Shown here in pieces: positions 16,973 to 32,180 of a stretch of DNA of 64,000 bases. The DNA lies in contig OZ024741.1 of assembly GCA_964016885.1 (NCBI GenBank), forward strand, positions 291,214,001 through 291,278,000. Direction: 5' to 3'. The DNA comes from Eledone cirrhosa (Eukaryota). The translations under genes were made by a program, and so were the position numbers. Below the pieces are notes generated by a model that was not told the DNA's origin, made no database searches, and was given only the letters and a program-made list of their open reading frames with translations. Position 1 is the first letter of the stretch, and each line of letters begins with the position of its first letter.

Positions 16973-18203
16973 AACCTCATGGATAGAGAGAAAGCTAATA
17001 TACACGCTGCCCAGGGTAGGGCGAAATCACGTGTTATTTGCATCAAATAACGGCTCTTATGATTTGGGGGAAAATGCTAGAGATATAAGCCCATTTTATG
17101 GGAGCCGTTATTTGACGCACATAACACGAGATTTCGCCCAACTAATAAATTCGAACGGTTGGGCTACTCTCTCTAGCATTTTCCCCAATCCACGAGAGCC
17201 GTTATTTGATGCAAATAACACGTGATTTCGCCCTACCCTGGGCAGCGTGTATATTAGCTTTCTCTCTATCCATGAGGTTAGATGTGTAGTAAACAGAATC
17301 CACATTTGCTGACTGTTGAACCTGTGGCTGTTAAACTGCACATTTCTGTGGGGAAACGAAATTGATTCGCATCAGCAAAATTATAGTTATAAGGTTGGTA
17401 ATTTAAAACTCTACTTCAGAGATTTGATTCTAACTTAGGTTTTTTCTATTTAATTGCTAAACCTGTATAACTATTGTTTTCTATACAGTAACAGTAAAAA
17501 TCACTTGTAATAAATGTTTACACACATCTCACTGTGTAACACACTTCTATTTGTGTAATATATTTGTATCTGAGCTCAGAAGAAAATTCTCTATTCTTCT
17601 TTGAGCTAATATTATTATTATTACTGTGAATTGCGGAATACTCTTAATTCCGATCCTAGTATACTTAACGAGCTCCAAGTTGTTGAGCTAATAAAGTCGA
17701 ATGGTTGGGGTGTTCTCTCTAGCATTTTCCCCAATCCATGAGAGCCGTTATTTGATGCAAATAACATGTGATTTCGCCCTACCCTGGGCAGCGTGTATAT
17801 TAGATTTCTCTATCCATGAGGTTAGATGTGTAGTAAACAGAATCCACATTTGCTGACTGATGAACCTGTGGCTGTTAAACTGCACATTTCTATGGGGAAA
17901 CGAAATTGATTCGTATAAGCAAACTTATAGTTATAAGGTTGGTAATTTAAAACTCTACTTCAGAGATTTGATTCTGACTTAGGTTTTTTCTATTTAATTG
18001 TTAAACCTGTAGATATTGTTTTCTATACAGTAACAGTAAAAATCCCTTGTAATAATTCTTTACACATATCTCACTGTGTAACACACTTCTATTTGTGTAA
18101 TTAATTTGTATCTGAGCTCAGAAGAAAAGTCTCTATTCTTCTTTGAGCTAATATTCTTATTATTACTGTGAACTGCGGAATACTCTTAATTCCGATCCTA
18201 GTA
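16973..18203 (+). mobile_element. Head-to-tail dimer of a ~544-bp HHR-containing unit with a 5' inverted segment
   Basis: About 17143-17688 is repeated at about 17689-18203. 16973-17092 is the reverse complement of about 17161-17279. Ends in (TA)n. Confidence 0.85.
17849..17923 (+). ncRNA. Type I hammerhead (second unit; a mutated paralog lies at 17305-17379)
   Basis: TTTGCTGA-CTGATGA-aCCTGTGG..CTATGGg-GAAA-CGAA attga TTCG-TA-TaAGCAAA. Confidence 0.8.
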
Positions 18204-18388
18204 TATATATATATATATATATAGTATATATATATAGTATATAAATATAGTATATAGTATATATATATATTATATATATGTATATATGTATATATATATA
18301 TTGTAGATATATATATAGTATATATAGTATATATATATATATATATAGTATATAAATATATACTATATATTTATATCATTATAAAATA

Positions 18389-19470
<1,082 letters not shown>

Positions 19471-19591
19471 CATATATATATATAAATATATATATCGAAT
19501 ATATACATATATAGTATATATATATACAGTATATTTATATATACACATATATATATATATAGTATATATATGAATATATATATATAATATA

Positions 19592-19666
19592 TATTTATTA
19601 AAATAACAGATTAAAGTTTAAGCAAAGAATCGCTGATTTTTGGTCTTCAAATTTATTATTATTACT
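19592..19666. mobile_element. Minimal family A copy (~45 bp inverted end + ~30 bp tail)
   Basis: TATTTATTAAAATAACAGATTAAAG..CGCTG fused to ATTTTTGGTCTTCAAATTTATTATTATTAC. Confidence 0.8.
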
Positions 19667-20574
<908 letters not shown>

Positions 20575-20791
20575 GTATAATGAAGGAATTGTGTTAAGCG
20601 GTTGCATAGCACAATGCTTAACAAAGATGGCCATAACGCACCAAAGTACTCAATACTTAGGTTAGTAGAGTGGGTATTAGGAACAAGTATGACCCCCACG
20701 GCAGAGCTCAAGCCGTTTCGACGGCTATTTCTGGACCAGCAATAGCTGTTGAAACGGCTTGAGCTGTGCCGTCGGGGTCAAACTGTTCCTA
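20575..20791 (-). mobile_element. Family C fold-back element
   Basis: 20678-20729 is inverted against 20741-20791. HHR 3' half GAAA-CGGC..GCCG-TC-GGGGTC. Tail at 20575-20677. Confidence 0.8.
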
Positions 20792-20840
20792 TATATAATG
20801 TATATATATATATAGTATATATATATAAACATATATATAT

Positions 20841-20877
<37 letters not shown>

Positions 20878-21025
20878 GTATATATATAGTATATACATAG
20901 TATATATATATATATATAGTATATGTATATAGTATATATGGATATATAGTATATATATCCTGAGCGTGAAATTAATAAACATTTATTGTACTGCCTCTCT
21001 GTTTTGTCCCTGTTCAAATTTTTCC

Positions 21026-21094
<69 letters not shown>

Positions 21095-21140
21095 TATATA
21101 TATAGTATATATATAGTATATATATATATATATATATAGT

Positions 21141-21408
21141 ATATTTATTAAAATAAAGTTTAAGCAAAGAATCGCTGCTTTCACCCTTAACGGAATCTTC
21201 TGAAACTACTAAAGTCAATCTGTAAACACAGAAGTGAATATTTCAAAAGACGTTGCAACCGGAGGAAGACAGGAAGACGATACTTTGGTTCGTGGAAACG
21301 TTCCCTGGCAAAGAACGGGAAAAAGCGAATATAATACGTCATTATTTGTTCTACGGATCTTATATATTGGATATATATTTATCCTTCTTACTATTATTAT
21401 TATTACTA
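21141..21408. mobile_element. Family A copy: inverted 3' end + sense tail
   Basis: 21141-21345 is the reverse complement of the family A 3' end, then switches to the TTTGTTCTACGG.. tail. Confidence 0.85.
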
Positions 21409-21426
21409 TATATAGTATAGTATATA

Positions 21427-21525
<99 letters not shown>

Positions 21526-21637
21526 TAAAATAACAGACTAAAGTTTAAGCAAGGAATCGCTGCTTTCACCCTTAACGGGATCTTCTGAAACTAACAAAGT
21601 CAATCTGTAAACGCAGAAGTGGATATTTAAAAAAACG

Positions 21638-22816
21638 TTGCAACCGGAGGTTACTGATCTTATCGGCCTTTTCCTTCTTTTCTCTATCAAGGACGAATTC
21701 CCTAACGCTGGCGGTGGTTTGTACCGTGACGATGGTTTTTTGACCATGACTAAGTGCGGACCTCGTGCTTGCGACAGGTTCAGAAAAGAACTCACAGCCT
21801 TTTTTAAAGGCTTCAACCTCTCTATACAGGTTGAGGCCAATCTCTCGGTCGTTAATTACCTCGACATTACCCTCAATTTATTGAATGGGTTGTATTACCC
21901 GTATAGAAAGCCGAATGATACGCTTAATTACATAAGTAAGCATTCCAACCATCCTGCCAGCATAACCAAGAACCTGGTAAGAAACGTTTCTTTGAGGCTT
22001 TCCCGTCTTTCCACTAACGAGCGTATGTTCAACGACCATTCCACTTATTACAATGAAGCTCTTGCTCGAAGTGGATTTGTCGATAAGGTAGCATATACAG
22101 AGTACGAAAATAGACCTAGAAGAAATAGATCCCGTCGCATTTGTTGGTATAACCCACCATATAATATGGAGGTGGCCATACCATTAGCTAAGATCTTTCT
22201 TTCCTTTATTACGAAGCATTTTCCCCCTACACATAAATATAGTAACATTTTTAATAGAAATACTATTAAAATTTCTTACTCTACTACTCCTAACCTTGCA
22301 TATAACATCACAGCTTCAAATTTAGCTAAACTACCTAGCCGTAGGAACACGTGCAACCCTGTAGTTAGTACTAACTGTAATTGTAGGAATCGCGTTGATT
22401 GCCCCCTATCCGGGAAATGCCTCTCTAGTAACATTGTCTACAAATGTAAGGTTGTAACACCCACGTCACGTAGGGCCTACATAGGGTTAACCGTCAATAG
22501 ATTCAAGCAGCGTCTTTACATGCATACCCATTCTTTTCGTTACCCTCTAAGAAGGAATATGACGTCACTTACAGCTTATATCTGGAGTCTAAAAGACAAC
22601 CACACCCAATCTAAGTTACACTGGAAGATCCTAGCTAGGGCTAGATCGTATAACGGAAATAAAAGACCATGTGACCTCTGCGCCGCTGAGGCCCTGGAAA
22701 TACTCTACGCCAAAGACGACATCTTAAACAAAAAATCTGAGGCAATTTCGGCTTGTAAATATAAATTGCACAAGACTTTCCTGTATTACAGCCCCACGTT
22801 ATACCCTAACGGATAG
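21638..22816 (+). CDS. PLE reverse transcriptase (C-terminal part) + GIY-YIG endonuclease, possibly Nematis-like
   Basis: GLYRDDG, VNYLDITLNL, SNHP, CNCRNRVDCPLSGKC linker, IVYKC..YIGLT..FKQR..H, ILNKKSE. The first few codons (to 21650) come from the inverted arm. Confidence 0.88.
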   Translation: MQPEVTDLIGLFLLFSIKDEFPNAGGGLYRDDGFLTMTKCGPRACDRFRKELTAFFKGFNLSIQVEANLSVVNYLDITLNLLNGLYYPYRKPNDTLNYISKHSNHPASITKNLVRNVSLRLSRLSTNERMFNDHSTYYNEALARSGFVDKVAYTEYENRPRRNRSRRICWYNPPYNMEVAIPLAKIFLSFITKHFPPTHKYSNIFNRNTIKISYSTTPNLAYNITASNLAKLPSRRNTCNPVVSTNCNCRNRVDCPLSGKCLSSNIVYKCKVVTPTSRRAYIGLTVNRFKQRLYMHTHSFRYPLRRNMTSLTAYIWSLKDNHTQSKLHWKILARARSYNGNKRPCDLCAAEALEILYAKDDILNKKSEAISACKYKLHKTFLYYSPTLYPNG

Positions 22817-23760
22817 TACGATCTATACGTGGATATTTTACGTCTTGATGTGGGAGCTAAGTATATGTTTTGTTTATACCATTACTTATTTGTATAGGAA
22901 AGTATATATTACCTGTATGTTTTGTGAAGGTACAGATACCTTCTCGTACGAATATTTGATTGTTGATGTTATGGCGTATAATTTTATATATTCAGGTACA
23001 TATGGTTTGGCTATGTGTATACGGGAGTTTTGCGTATGAGTGAGTATGCAGGTTCGTGCGTATGTAGGGTGTGTGTATATGTGTACTTCATGTTTTGGTG
23101 GACTTACGTCTCCGAACATTTGTGTATTTACATGTAGGTATGTGTGTGCGCTTGTTGTATACGTATTTATTTATTTTTTTATTTATATACGTTTATATAA
23201 TTATTTATTTATTTGTATACACGCATACACACACACACATATTTATAGGTGCATGGTTTTGTATACCTATGGTAAGTGTTTTGCGTATGCTTGTGTATGT
23301 ACGTATTTGTTTGCGTGTATGTATTTATTTATTTCTATTACTTCTGTTTCGTATTTATTTACTCTGCTCTTAACTCTGAAGCGGAGATTCATTCGGTCTC
23401 CTAGTTAGAATTTTAGTCTACGACTTCTGCTATACTATTTACGCGGTTTTGTCTTTGCGTGCTATTGTTCTCCACGCTCCACATATGACATATTATCTTC
23501 GTTTTTTTCGTTCATTGCAAGAGAACGTCTCTATGAACCAACTAAGAGAACATTAGTCTACGACCTCTTTTATACCATAAACGTGGTTCTGTCTTTGCGC
23601 GTAATTGTTTTTCACCGCTCCTATTAATGACGTATTATCTTCGTTTTTTCCCGTTCTTTGACAGGGAACGTTTCCACGAACCAAAGTATCGTCTTCCTGT
23701 CTTCCTCCGGTTGCAACGTTTTTTGAAATGTCCATTCTGCGTTTACAGATTGACTTTGTT

Positions 23761-23811
23761 AGTTTCAGAAGATTCCGTTAAGGGTGAAAGCAGCGATTCT
23801 TTGCTTAAACT
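23761..23811 (+). ncRNA. Variant hammerhead (CAGAAGA core) of family A
   Basis: AGTTT-CAGAAGA-tTCC gttaa GGGt-GAAA-GCA..TGC-TT-AAACT. The same core is seen in all family A copies that span it. Confidence 0.65.
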
Positions 23812-23917
23812 TTAATCTGTTATTTTAATAAATATTTGCTCTACGGTTCTTATATATTTGATATATATTTATCCTTATGGAGCCCTTTTGGATTTTAGTC
23901 TTCAAATTTATTATTAT

Positions 23918-23997
<80 letters not shown>

Positions 23998-24001
<4 letters not shown>

Positions 24002-24620
24002 GGATATATGAGAGGGATGCGCACAGACATACCTATACATGTGTTCCAATTGCAAATGACCAAGTTAGCTAGGTTGAAAAAGTACAAATTTAAAACAATA
24101 TGGTTTGCCTGACTCGATTTAAAGTAATAAATCAATAAAAATAACAAACCTATATCGGGCAATAACTATTTAATTGTTAAAGTCTATTTTGAGTTTATAT
24201 CTCAATATATGATATTCTCGGCTCCTTAGTCTCACAAACCCAGCTGCTATGTTTAGCGGCATTAGTATGAGATTTAAACGCCGCTGCGATATATGCGTTT
24301 ATATCAGCATATCTTTCAGTCTCCTTAGATCCTTTGAAGTGAAAGGTACGAATGTTCATGGGTACCCGCAGATGACCACAGGAATTCTGGCTTTCACTAA
24401 ATAATTGTTTCTACTTTTGACACAAGACCAGCAAATACCCAGTACATTACTGGAACTTTATTTTATCGACCCCGTAAGGATGAAAGGCAAAGTTAACCTC
24501 GGCGGGATTTGAACTCAGACCGTAAAGGGACGTAACTATGCTGGAAAGCATGGCGTTCGACTCTCTACTGGTACTGCCAATACTTGCGGAACAGATATTG
24601 GTCTGTCCGGGTATCAAAGA
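23998..24620 (+). mobile_element. HHR element related to 38370-38982, with the ribozyme split by a SINE
   Basis: Shares GAGTTT..CTCAATA..TCGGCTCC..GCTGCTAT.TTAG.GGC with 38371-38470. TACCCG-CAGATGA [SINE] gc-GGAA-CAG..CTG-TC-CGGGTA. Confidence 0.6.
24401..24580 (-). mobile_element. tRNA-derived SINE
   Basis: Reverse complement has the A-box-like TGGCAGTACCAGTAG, the B box GAGTTCAAATCC and the CTTTCATCCTTACGGGGTCGATAAA domain. Confidence 0.85.
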
Positions 24621-24624
24621 CCAT

Positions 24625-24973
<349 letters not shown>

Positions 24974-25036
24974 TATACATGTATATGTATATATTTATAT
25001 ATATACATATATAAATATATACATATACATATATAC

Positions 25037-25078
<42 letters not shown>

Positions 25079-25102
25079 GTGTGTATATATAATAATATAT
25101 AT

Positions 25103-25225
25103 AGGTGAAGGCTTGTGGCTAAGTGGTTACAAAATCAGATTCGCAATCGTGAAGTTGTGAGTTCGTTTTCCGGACCGTCGATGTGTTATGTCCTTGAGCA
25201 AGACACTTTATTTCACGTTGCTCCT
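25103..25225 (+). mobile_element. tRNA-derived SINE with CORE-like domain (other decayed copies at about 25740-25862(-) and 27450-27600(+))
   Basis: GTGGCTAAGTGGTTA (A box), GAGTTCG (B box), TGTCCTTGAGCAAGACACTT (CORE-like). Confidence 0.7.
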
Positions 25226-26630
25226 TCTATCTAGAGTTGCGACAGATAGTATTAGCAATTGGAAAGACCAATGGAAACATTATTTTCTCGGTCCGATTTG
25301 ACGTCAGTGGATCGTTCCTTATATATATATATATATTCACCCATATGTGTGTGTATATTTCTGCATGCACATACACAACTTCATATACATACCCGAGTAT
25401 AACCCTATCTACGTTCCAACTTACATTCTTTCTTCTTCTCTCTCTTTTTTTGGCTGTTTTGTTTATACTCTTCATTTTCTTTTTTAATTTTATGTTGTTG
25501 TATGATGTCTTAAAAATATTGCTTGTACCTCTTGTTATTTTGTGTTTTTTTATATATATAATTTGTTCCACGACTTTATTCTTTTATTCGACATGTATGT
25601 ACATAGTCTTATTAAGAGGGGTGTTATGCTTTATCCTACTGCGGAGAAAAGAGATGTTTCCCCAGCAATAGAGCATTTTTGTTCTGGTACTAGAACTTTC
25701 GATGTTGTTAATACTGTAGAAAGTATGGTAAGACCACAGACCACTGGAGCAATGTGAAATAAAACTTCTTTCTCAGGGGCACAACGGGCCAGCTGTGCTA
25801 AGCAAGAATTGAACTCACGCTCATACGATCATGAACCTATCAATCTAACCACTATCCCACACACCACCTCCACTAAACATATATATACTTTTGTGTGTGT
25901 GTGAGTGTGTGTGTGTGTATATATCTGTATGTATATGTGCTTGTGCCTATGTGACACACATCTATATATATATATATCGACGGCTTGAGCTCTGCCGTTG
26001 GGGTCATACTTTTTCCTATTTCCCACTATATATATATATATATGTGTATGTGTGATGTAACGTCATCATATATTTCGGCTGCTTAGCGCACAACTTAATA
26101 TATATCTTAAACTAACTTTAGAATGTCTGTCTACATCTTTATAATCCTTTTATTTATTATTGTATATTTAGATATCCGCAATTATAAACAAAACACCTAA
26201 TATACAAATAAATAAATAAAATATAACAAATAAACGAAGTAAATATATCAGAAAAGTAATTTTAAATGTAAAACATTTAGAACATGATACGTTCTAAGAT
26301 ATAAAAAAAAATTAAATATAACAAATTAGGCTTCAGCATGGAAAATGCCCGTAGGCTGGAACAGGTAAAAGAGTACAAATAAATAAAACAAAACTAGCTC
26401 TAAATTTAGAACAGCTATTTACAGACTTATATCTATTTTACCATATTGTATTGTCACTATACTACTAAATCTAAATCAGTACGCGTATACTCTTACTTAG
26501 ATTTATCTTTGTTGTTATTGAGCAAGTTAATTAGAAGTTGGTTGGAAACCATGTTTAAAACATTTAAGCATTGTAATATCGTATAGATCCCTAAAATCAT
26601 ATTACATATTATTTTCATATATTTAAACAT

Positions 26631-27106
26631 CGAGCTTGGTCTACATTCGCTCTCTTGCCAATAGAATCCAAGGCGATTTCCCCGACACGCCGCCTTCAAT
26701 TAAATTATTAGAAGAGGCATTAACAGTGCCTGTGTCTTGTCATAATTGGAAACAGGCGAGCTCGACAGCATTGACGGTAGGTGGCAATATATGATGATCC
26801 TGTGCCCGTTCGACGGTGATAAATCACTAATCTATAATGCCATATATCACGACAGGTTCTAAGTGCTAAGCTCATCATCTCGACCAAAATCCCTAGCGCC
26901 CCCACCCGTATAGCAGGCTTCCAATGACCGTTATTTTTTGTGCCGTTGGCTATTGAAACTCCGGTATCCTCAGTCAGCAAACTGCAGCTTTCCTCAGCAA
27001 AATTTGAGTGAAGGCATTTCGCCTGAGGAAGGTGCTGCGTGAAGAGGAATGGCAGCTTCAGCAGACGGCACTAGCCATTCTCAGCGGCAATGCTTTAATT
27101 ATATAA
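26631..27106 (+). pseudogene. CRE/NeSL-like non-LTR retrotransposon C-terminal zinc knuckle + restriction-like endonuclease remnant
   Basis: LGLHSLSC..RRFPRHAAFN*IIRRGINSA, DGR..MILCPFDGDKSLIY, FVPLAIET, QTALAILSGNA resemble the HxLSC..RH..N / RPD / P.A.ET / AIQRGNA series. Confidence 0.65.
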
Positions 27107-28032
27107 TCCGTCGGTCACAGCTTATATAAATCGCTTAGGGCAAAAGTGTAACGTCTGCCCGGACCCACTCACCCATCCCTTTCTTTTTTTTCAATCTTTT
27201 TTCTCCTTCCCTCTTTTCCCTTTCTTCTCTCTTCATGTTTATTATCTAAATTTGTTTTTAAACTTTCATTAATGTATGCTTCAGTTAAGTGATTATGGTT
27301 AATATTTCAACTTTAAAAAAGCAATTGAACAATGTAAGTTAAGCAACGAGCACGAGAAACATAAAAAATAAAAAAATAATTGGATTTTTTTTAGTCTCAC
27401 ACAATCTGAATAAGGGAAAATAACTGAACTACAGCAAGACTGTGAAGATGGAGGCTGGAGGTTTAGTGTTTAGGATATGCGGGTCATGATCAGATTCCAG
27501 TGGGAGTGTTATGTTTTCGAGCAAGCCTTTATTTCACGTTACCACACTCTTCATATCTGATAAAAAATGAGACGACCTGTAATTCAATGGGTCACCATAT
27601 TGACTACAGTTTCGCACCTAATTTCCTTGAGAACAACGTTGTGTACACTTAACTGAGGAACGCTCAGTCACCTACACGTTAATTTCAGAAGCAAACTGTT
27701 CCGTTGAGCAAATAACCTAAACGCTCAACCGAGTAATCGACCAAGTTCCAACACAGGGCTAAGATAATCCAGACGTAAAACTAGATTTCTAGTCCCAACC
27801 AAATCCTACCAGTAGAGGTTTATCAAAGCTCGAGCTTAATGTTAATCAGTAGTGATATTAGACTTGATAACAGTAATTAAAATTCTGCTTGTACTTAAGT
27901 GTACTTTAGATAAGAAAATACTAAACCTTACTGTTCCTAGTCACTTTGATAATTTTCTTTTTAGATATCAATGTTTTAAAAATATTTGTTTTATCAGAAT
28001 ATATACAAACATACACTCTTATACACCTATTA

Positions 28033-28073
<41 letters not shown>

Positions 28074-28100
28074 TATATACATATACACATATATATGTGC

Positions 28101-28142
<42 letters not shown>

Positions 28143-28589
28143 GTCTAAAAATTTCTGATTATAAGTGTAATCTTTATATGTTGCACAGGTGAATATAGAA
28201 ATGGAACATACTTTTACACGCATGCGTGTGTGTATTTTTGAGAATTGGCGTAGGTGGCATATTTACATACACAAACATATTTATGTGTGTATGTGTGTGT
28301 GTTTGTGTGTGCATTCGTGTGCGCATGCATTGCTACGTGGGAAAAGTGTTTGCTTTGCAACCATGTGGTTTCTGGTTCTGTCCCAATACGTGTCAGCCTC
28401 GAGTAGGAGACAGCAAACAAAAACACCGCATTAACATTTACCACTGGGAAATAATTTCAAGAAATCAAGCATACATTTCTTGAGTTAATAATATTTATTG
28501 CATGGAAAGGAGAGTTTTGATCTAGGATTGTTCTGTCTCAACTCGACATTAAATCAGAAATTATTTATTTACATATATTTGCTAAGACA

Positions 28590-29230
28590 GAGACGTTAGA
28601 ACCTCGGGTAGAATGTGTTGTGGTATTTATTCCGACTCTCTTCTCATTGAGTTCAAAGCCCACCGACGTCAACTTTACCTTTCAATCATTTAAGGTTCAT
28701 AAAAGAAGTACCAGTTTATTACTGGTATCGATTCTTCCTCTATATCTCTTTCTCACTTACTTTCCCTCATTCTCTCTTCTTCTCTGGAAGAAATCTGCTA
28801 TATTCTAACATGGAGAGGAGATGGGTACCGCCAGGTTTTAAAATGCCATAGAATCGCCGTATGTCAATGTGGCATCCCTACGTCTCCCTCGGGAGTTACG
28901 GGTCTATACATACACATAGAAAGTCGGATAGAATGTTGTGCACTATTCTTTCAGGCTTTCCGCTCTCTATATTCAAATCCTGCTGAGGCCAACTTTGCTT
29001 TTCATCCATTTATGTTCTATAAAAAGTACCGGTCTAGTACAGGGGTGGATTCTTCCTCTATATAACATCATAAAATCCAATCTCTCACTCTCTTTCATTC
29101 TCTGGAAGAAATCTGCCCTATTCAGGTCTGGAGATCAGATGGGTTCAACCAGGTTGTAAAATTAACTAGAAACGCCGTATGTCAGTATGGGGCCCTCCGA
29201 CTCCATCAGGAGTTATGGGAACATACATAT
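28590..29230 (+). mobile_element. Two tandem decayed SINEs sharing a distinct 3' tail (related copy at 34540-34870 on minus strand)
   Basis: Both units have the TTCAAA..AACTTT..TTTCA domain, then CTGGAAGAAATCTGC..GATGGG..CCAGG..CGCCGTATGTCA..GAGTTA.GG. Confidence 0.7.
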
Positions 29231-29949
29231 ATTTGCTAAGAGTAATTTGCATAATTAAAAATAAATATTACTAACGGATATTTAATCTAAAGGGCGGTGA
29301 CCAGTCACTACATTAAGCGGTCTAGTGACAGTTACATTGAGAGGCATACTCAAACCAGCTGTGTATGAGCGCGCGTGTGTTCATATGTGTGTTGTGCTGT
29401 TTATATATATATATATGGAGAGAGAGAAAGAGACTGAGAGAGAGAAGAGAGAGAGAGAGAGGGAGAGAGAGAGAGAGAGAGAGAGAGATGAGGTGAATTG
29501 GTAGTGTCGATAGAACGTCGGTGAAAGTGTTTATTTTAAATCTCGGCAAAGTCAACATTGCTTTTCAATTTTTCGTGGTCGATGAATATAGTGCCCCACT
29601 TGTACTGAGTTCGATTCTTGCTCAATATTTCTCACACTTTCCCTCTCTCTCTCTCTCTTCTCTTTAGAAGAAAGTCATCTTTGTTCTTAGTCCTGCTGCA
29701 CTACGTGTAAACGTAGTACAACAAACCGGAATCTCCCTGCGAGGGGAACCTATGAAGTATTACTTCCCCCAGATGTTTTTTACTCACTTCACTCATACAT
29801 TTAATGCCTTTGAAAAAAGAATGTGAACCTCACAACAATACATTTAACAATTTCTCTTTTAGTTCCACACAAAATTTGAATATGCCGAAATAGTTTCAGC
29901 TCTCCCGATATAACTAGACCTGTTCCCACAAACATGGGCTATGTGTGAG

Positions 29950-30200
29950 GGATTATATCTTCCATGTGATGGCAGGAATGGTCACTCTGGTGAGCTTTCT
30001 AAGTTTCCTTTTATCTGATCCAATGGTGTAAGACACTCACACAAAGTACCATAGTTGTATTGAACTTGAAGACACATAGTTACAATCTTGATCACGCAAT
30101 CATGGACGGAAAGAGCCATTAACATCTTTTGGAGGCGTAGGGGCGCCGTTCTCATGTCTTGAGTGTTTTGAAACTGTTGGAATCCAAAACTCTCCATGTC
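29950..30200 (-). pseudogene. Possible Gypsy pol remnant (RNase H end)
   Basis: APLRLQKMLMALSVHD resembles the Gypsy APxRLQRMLL.L..YD motif. Little else is recognisable. Confidence 0.35.
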
Positions 30201-30647
30201 TGAACACAAACGATTTCTTACAGAAAAAGAGAGAAAGAAAGGGTGGGGGGGGGGGGGAATCGCCCCAAATACTGAACTAGTACATTATTTATCATCCTCG
30301 AAAAGAGGAAAGGCAAATTGACTTCTGTGATATTTGAACTTAGAGCGCAATGAGCCAGAACAAATACCAAGCCAATTTTTTTTTTTAATCCGCCATCCTA
30401 ACAATAATTTTACTTGAGGTTTAAAAGTGTCGAAAACTTCCATTATGCTGGAGCTTTCTGATAGATCCAGCTGCGATAATGGTCACTATATATTGTTTTG
30501 TAATAAAGTCATGTCTCATAGGAAGGTAATAGTTTGTTGACATTTTTAGAAAAATGACTCCTAAATACATATGAGTGCGTTTGGGCTTCCCATGAAACAA
30601 GACACACTTATGTAAGCTTATACACGCATACACACAAACACGTATAT

Positions 30648-30723
<76 letters not shown>

Positions 30724-30751
30724 TGTGTGTGTGTATGCATATATATGTATA

Positions 30752-30802
<51 letters not shown>

Positions 30803-30928
30803 TGAGAGAGAGAATGTGTTTAATATTCTCTTGAGTAGAAAATGATAGGGAAGGTGTCAAAACTATAGAAAATATCTAAAGAGGCTTGAAAGATAATTAA
30901 AGACGAAAACAAAGAACGAAAGAGAGAG

Positions 30929-30959
<31 letters not shown>

Positions 30960-31434
30960 CACAAAGAAATAAACGAAAAAGAAAAAAGAAAGAAAGAGGA
31001 AAAGTAAGAAGTCTGTCTGGTGAAATGCTGAGAAGTCTACCGACTTAATTAGGAAAGCATTCATTTCGGATTTAAAACTTCTTAAAAATTATTGTTGTTT
31101 ATATTTCATTTTCTATCAACAAGTTCTTGCTTGAAACCCAGCACTCTTTTGCAGAATACAAACCAGCGACGGAATTTCCATGTAACCGTGCGAAATCCTC
31201 GAGATAGCAGCCAATTAACGGCTAAACGCTAACATTTCTCGTATTTAAAATAGGACGTTTTGGATAATATAGTCCAAGAAGGGACATATTGCTTGTAAAA
31301 ATGACGGTAGGGTCATAGTTTCAATTGCTTTGACTATATGTCTACTGGTGCAGGGATATCTCAAGGCTAAACAACAAAAACATATTTGGGGATTTGTCCG
31401 AATTAGGAGGTATTATTTCTATTATTTCTCTCTC

Positions 31435-31860
31435 TTATGGATTGGCAGAATCGGTAGAGCATAGACAACATATTTGCAGCATATATTTATGTTCCTTTAC
31501 GTTCTGAGTTCAAATATAGCCGAGGTCAAATTGGCCTTTCATCCTCAAGGTTCGATAAAATAAAGTGCCAGTAACGCATTGCGGTCGATTTAATCGATTT
31601 TCCCTTCTCCCAAAAATGTTGAATTAGTGACTAAATCAGAAGCCATTATTGTTTTTTCTTAGAGCATCGGACTAAATTATTTGAACCATTTAGTCATGAA
31701 TCTTTACGTTCCAAGTTCAAATACAGCTGAAGTCAACTGTGCTTTTCATTGTTTTGGGGATCGATAAAATAATGTACCAATAAAGAACTGTAGTCGATAT
31801 AATCGATTTTCCTCTCCTCCTCAAATTGCTGGCTTTGACCCAATGTTATGAATAATTAAT
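31435..31860 (+). mobile_element. Two tandem tRNA-derived SINEs
   Basis: TTGGCAGAATCGGTAGAGC..GAGTTCAAAT..TTTCATCC..TCGATAAAATAAAGTGCCAG, repeated from about 31655. Confidence 0.75.
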
Positions 31861-31977
31861 TCCCTCTCTTTAATAATAATTTGAGAGCGAAACGTATGTG
31901 TGTGTGTGTGTTTTACTCCACATAAGTACTTGCTGCAGTTAATTTACCCTCAAATCACACCCTACAACAGTCTTTAA

Positions 31978-32180
31978 CTCCTTAGCATTTACATTACTCT
32001 ATATATACTATTGTATTTTCGTGGTAATCATCTCACACAATATCGTATCTATGAGATTTTGATATTATTTATTTGGAGAACACTATCTTAACATCAGTAT
32101 GAGTGGCCTCTTATGGCTGGATTGAAGAGAAAAAGGTGAAAGAATTCTGGCCTGATATGGCCAGTTTAAATGCTAAAGGG
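31978..32180. mobile_element. piggyBac-like MITE
   Basis: TTAA|CTCCTTAGCATTTA ... TAAATGCTAAAGGG|TTAA: imperfect 14-bp TIRs with a TTAA duplication. Confidence 0.7.

Larger units (their letters stand above)
21519..23921 (+). mobile_element. 5'-truncated Penelope-like element (family A source type) with inverted 5' pLTR fragment
   Basis: 21519-21650 is the reverse complement of about 23703-23833, followed by an RT-EN ORF, a 1.1-kb 3' UTR, an HHR-like motif, AATAAA, a tail and (TA)n. Confidence 0.92.
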
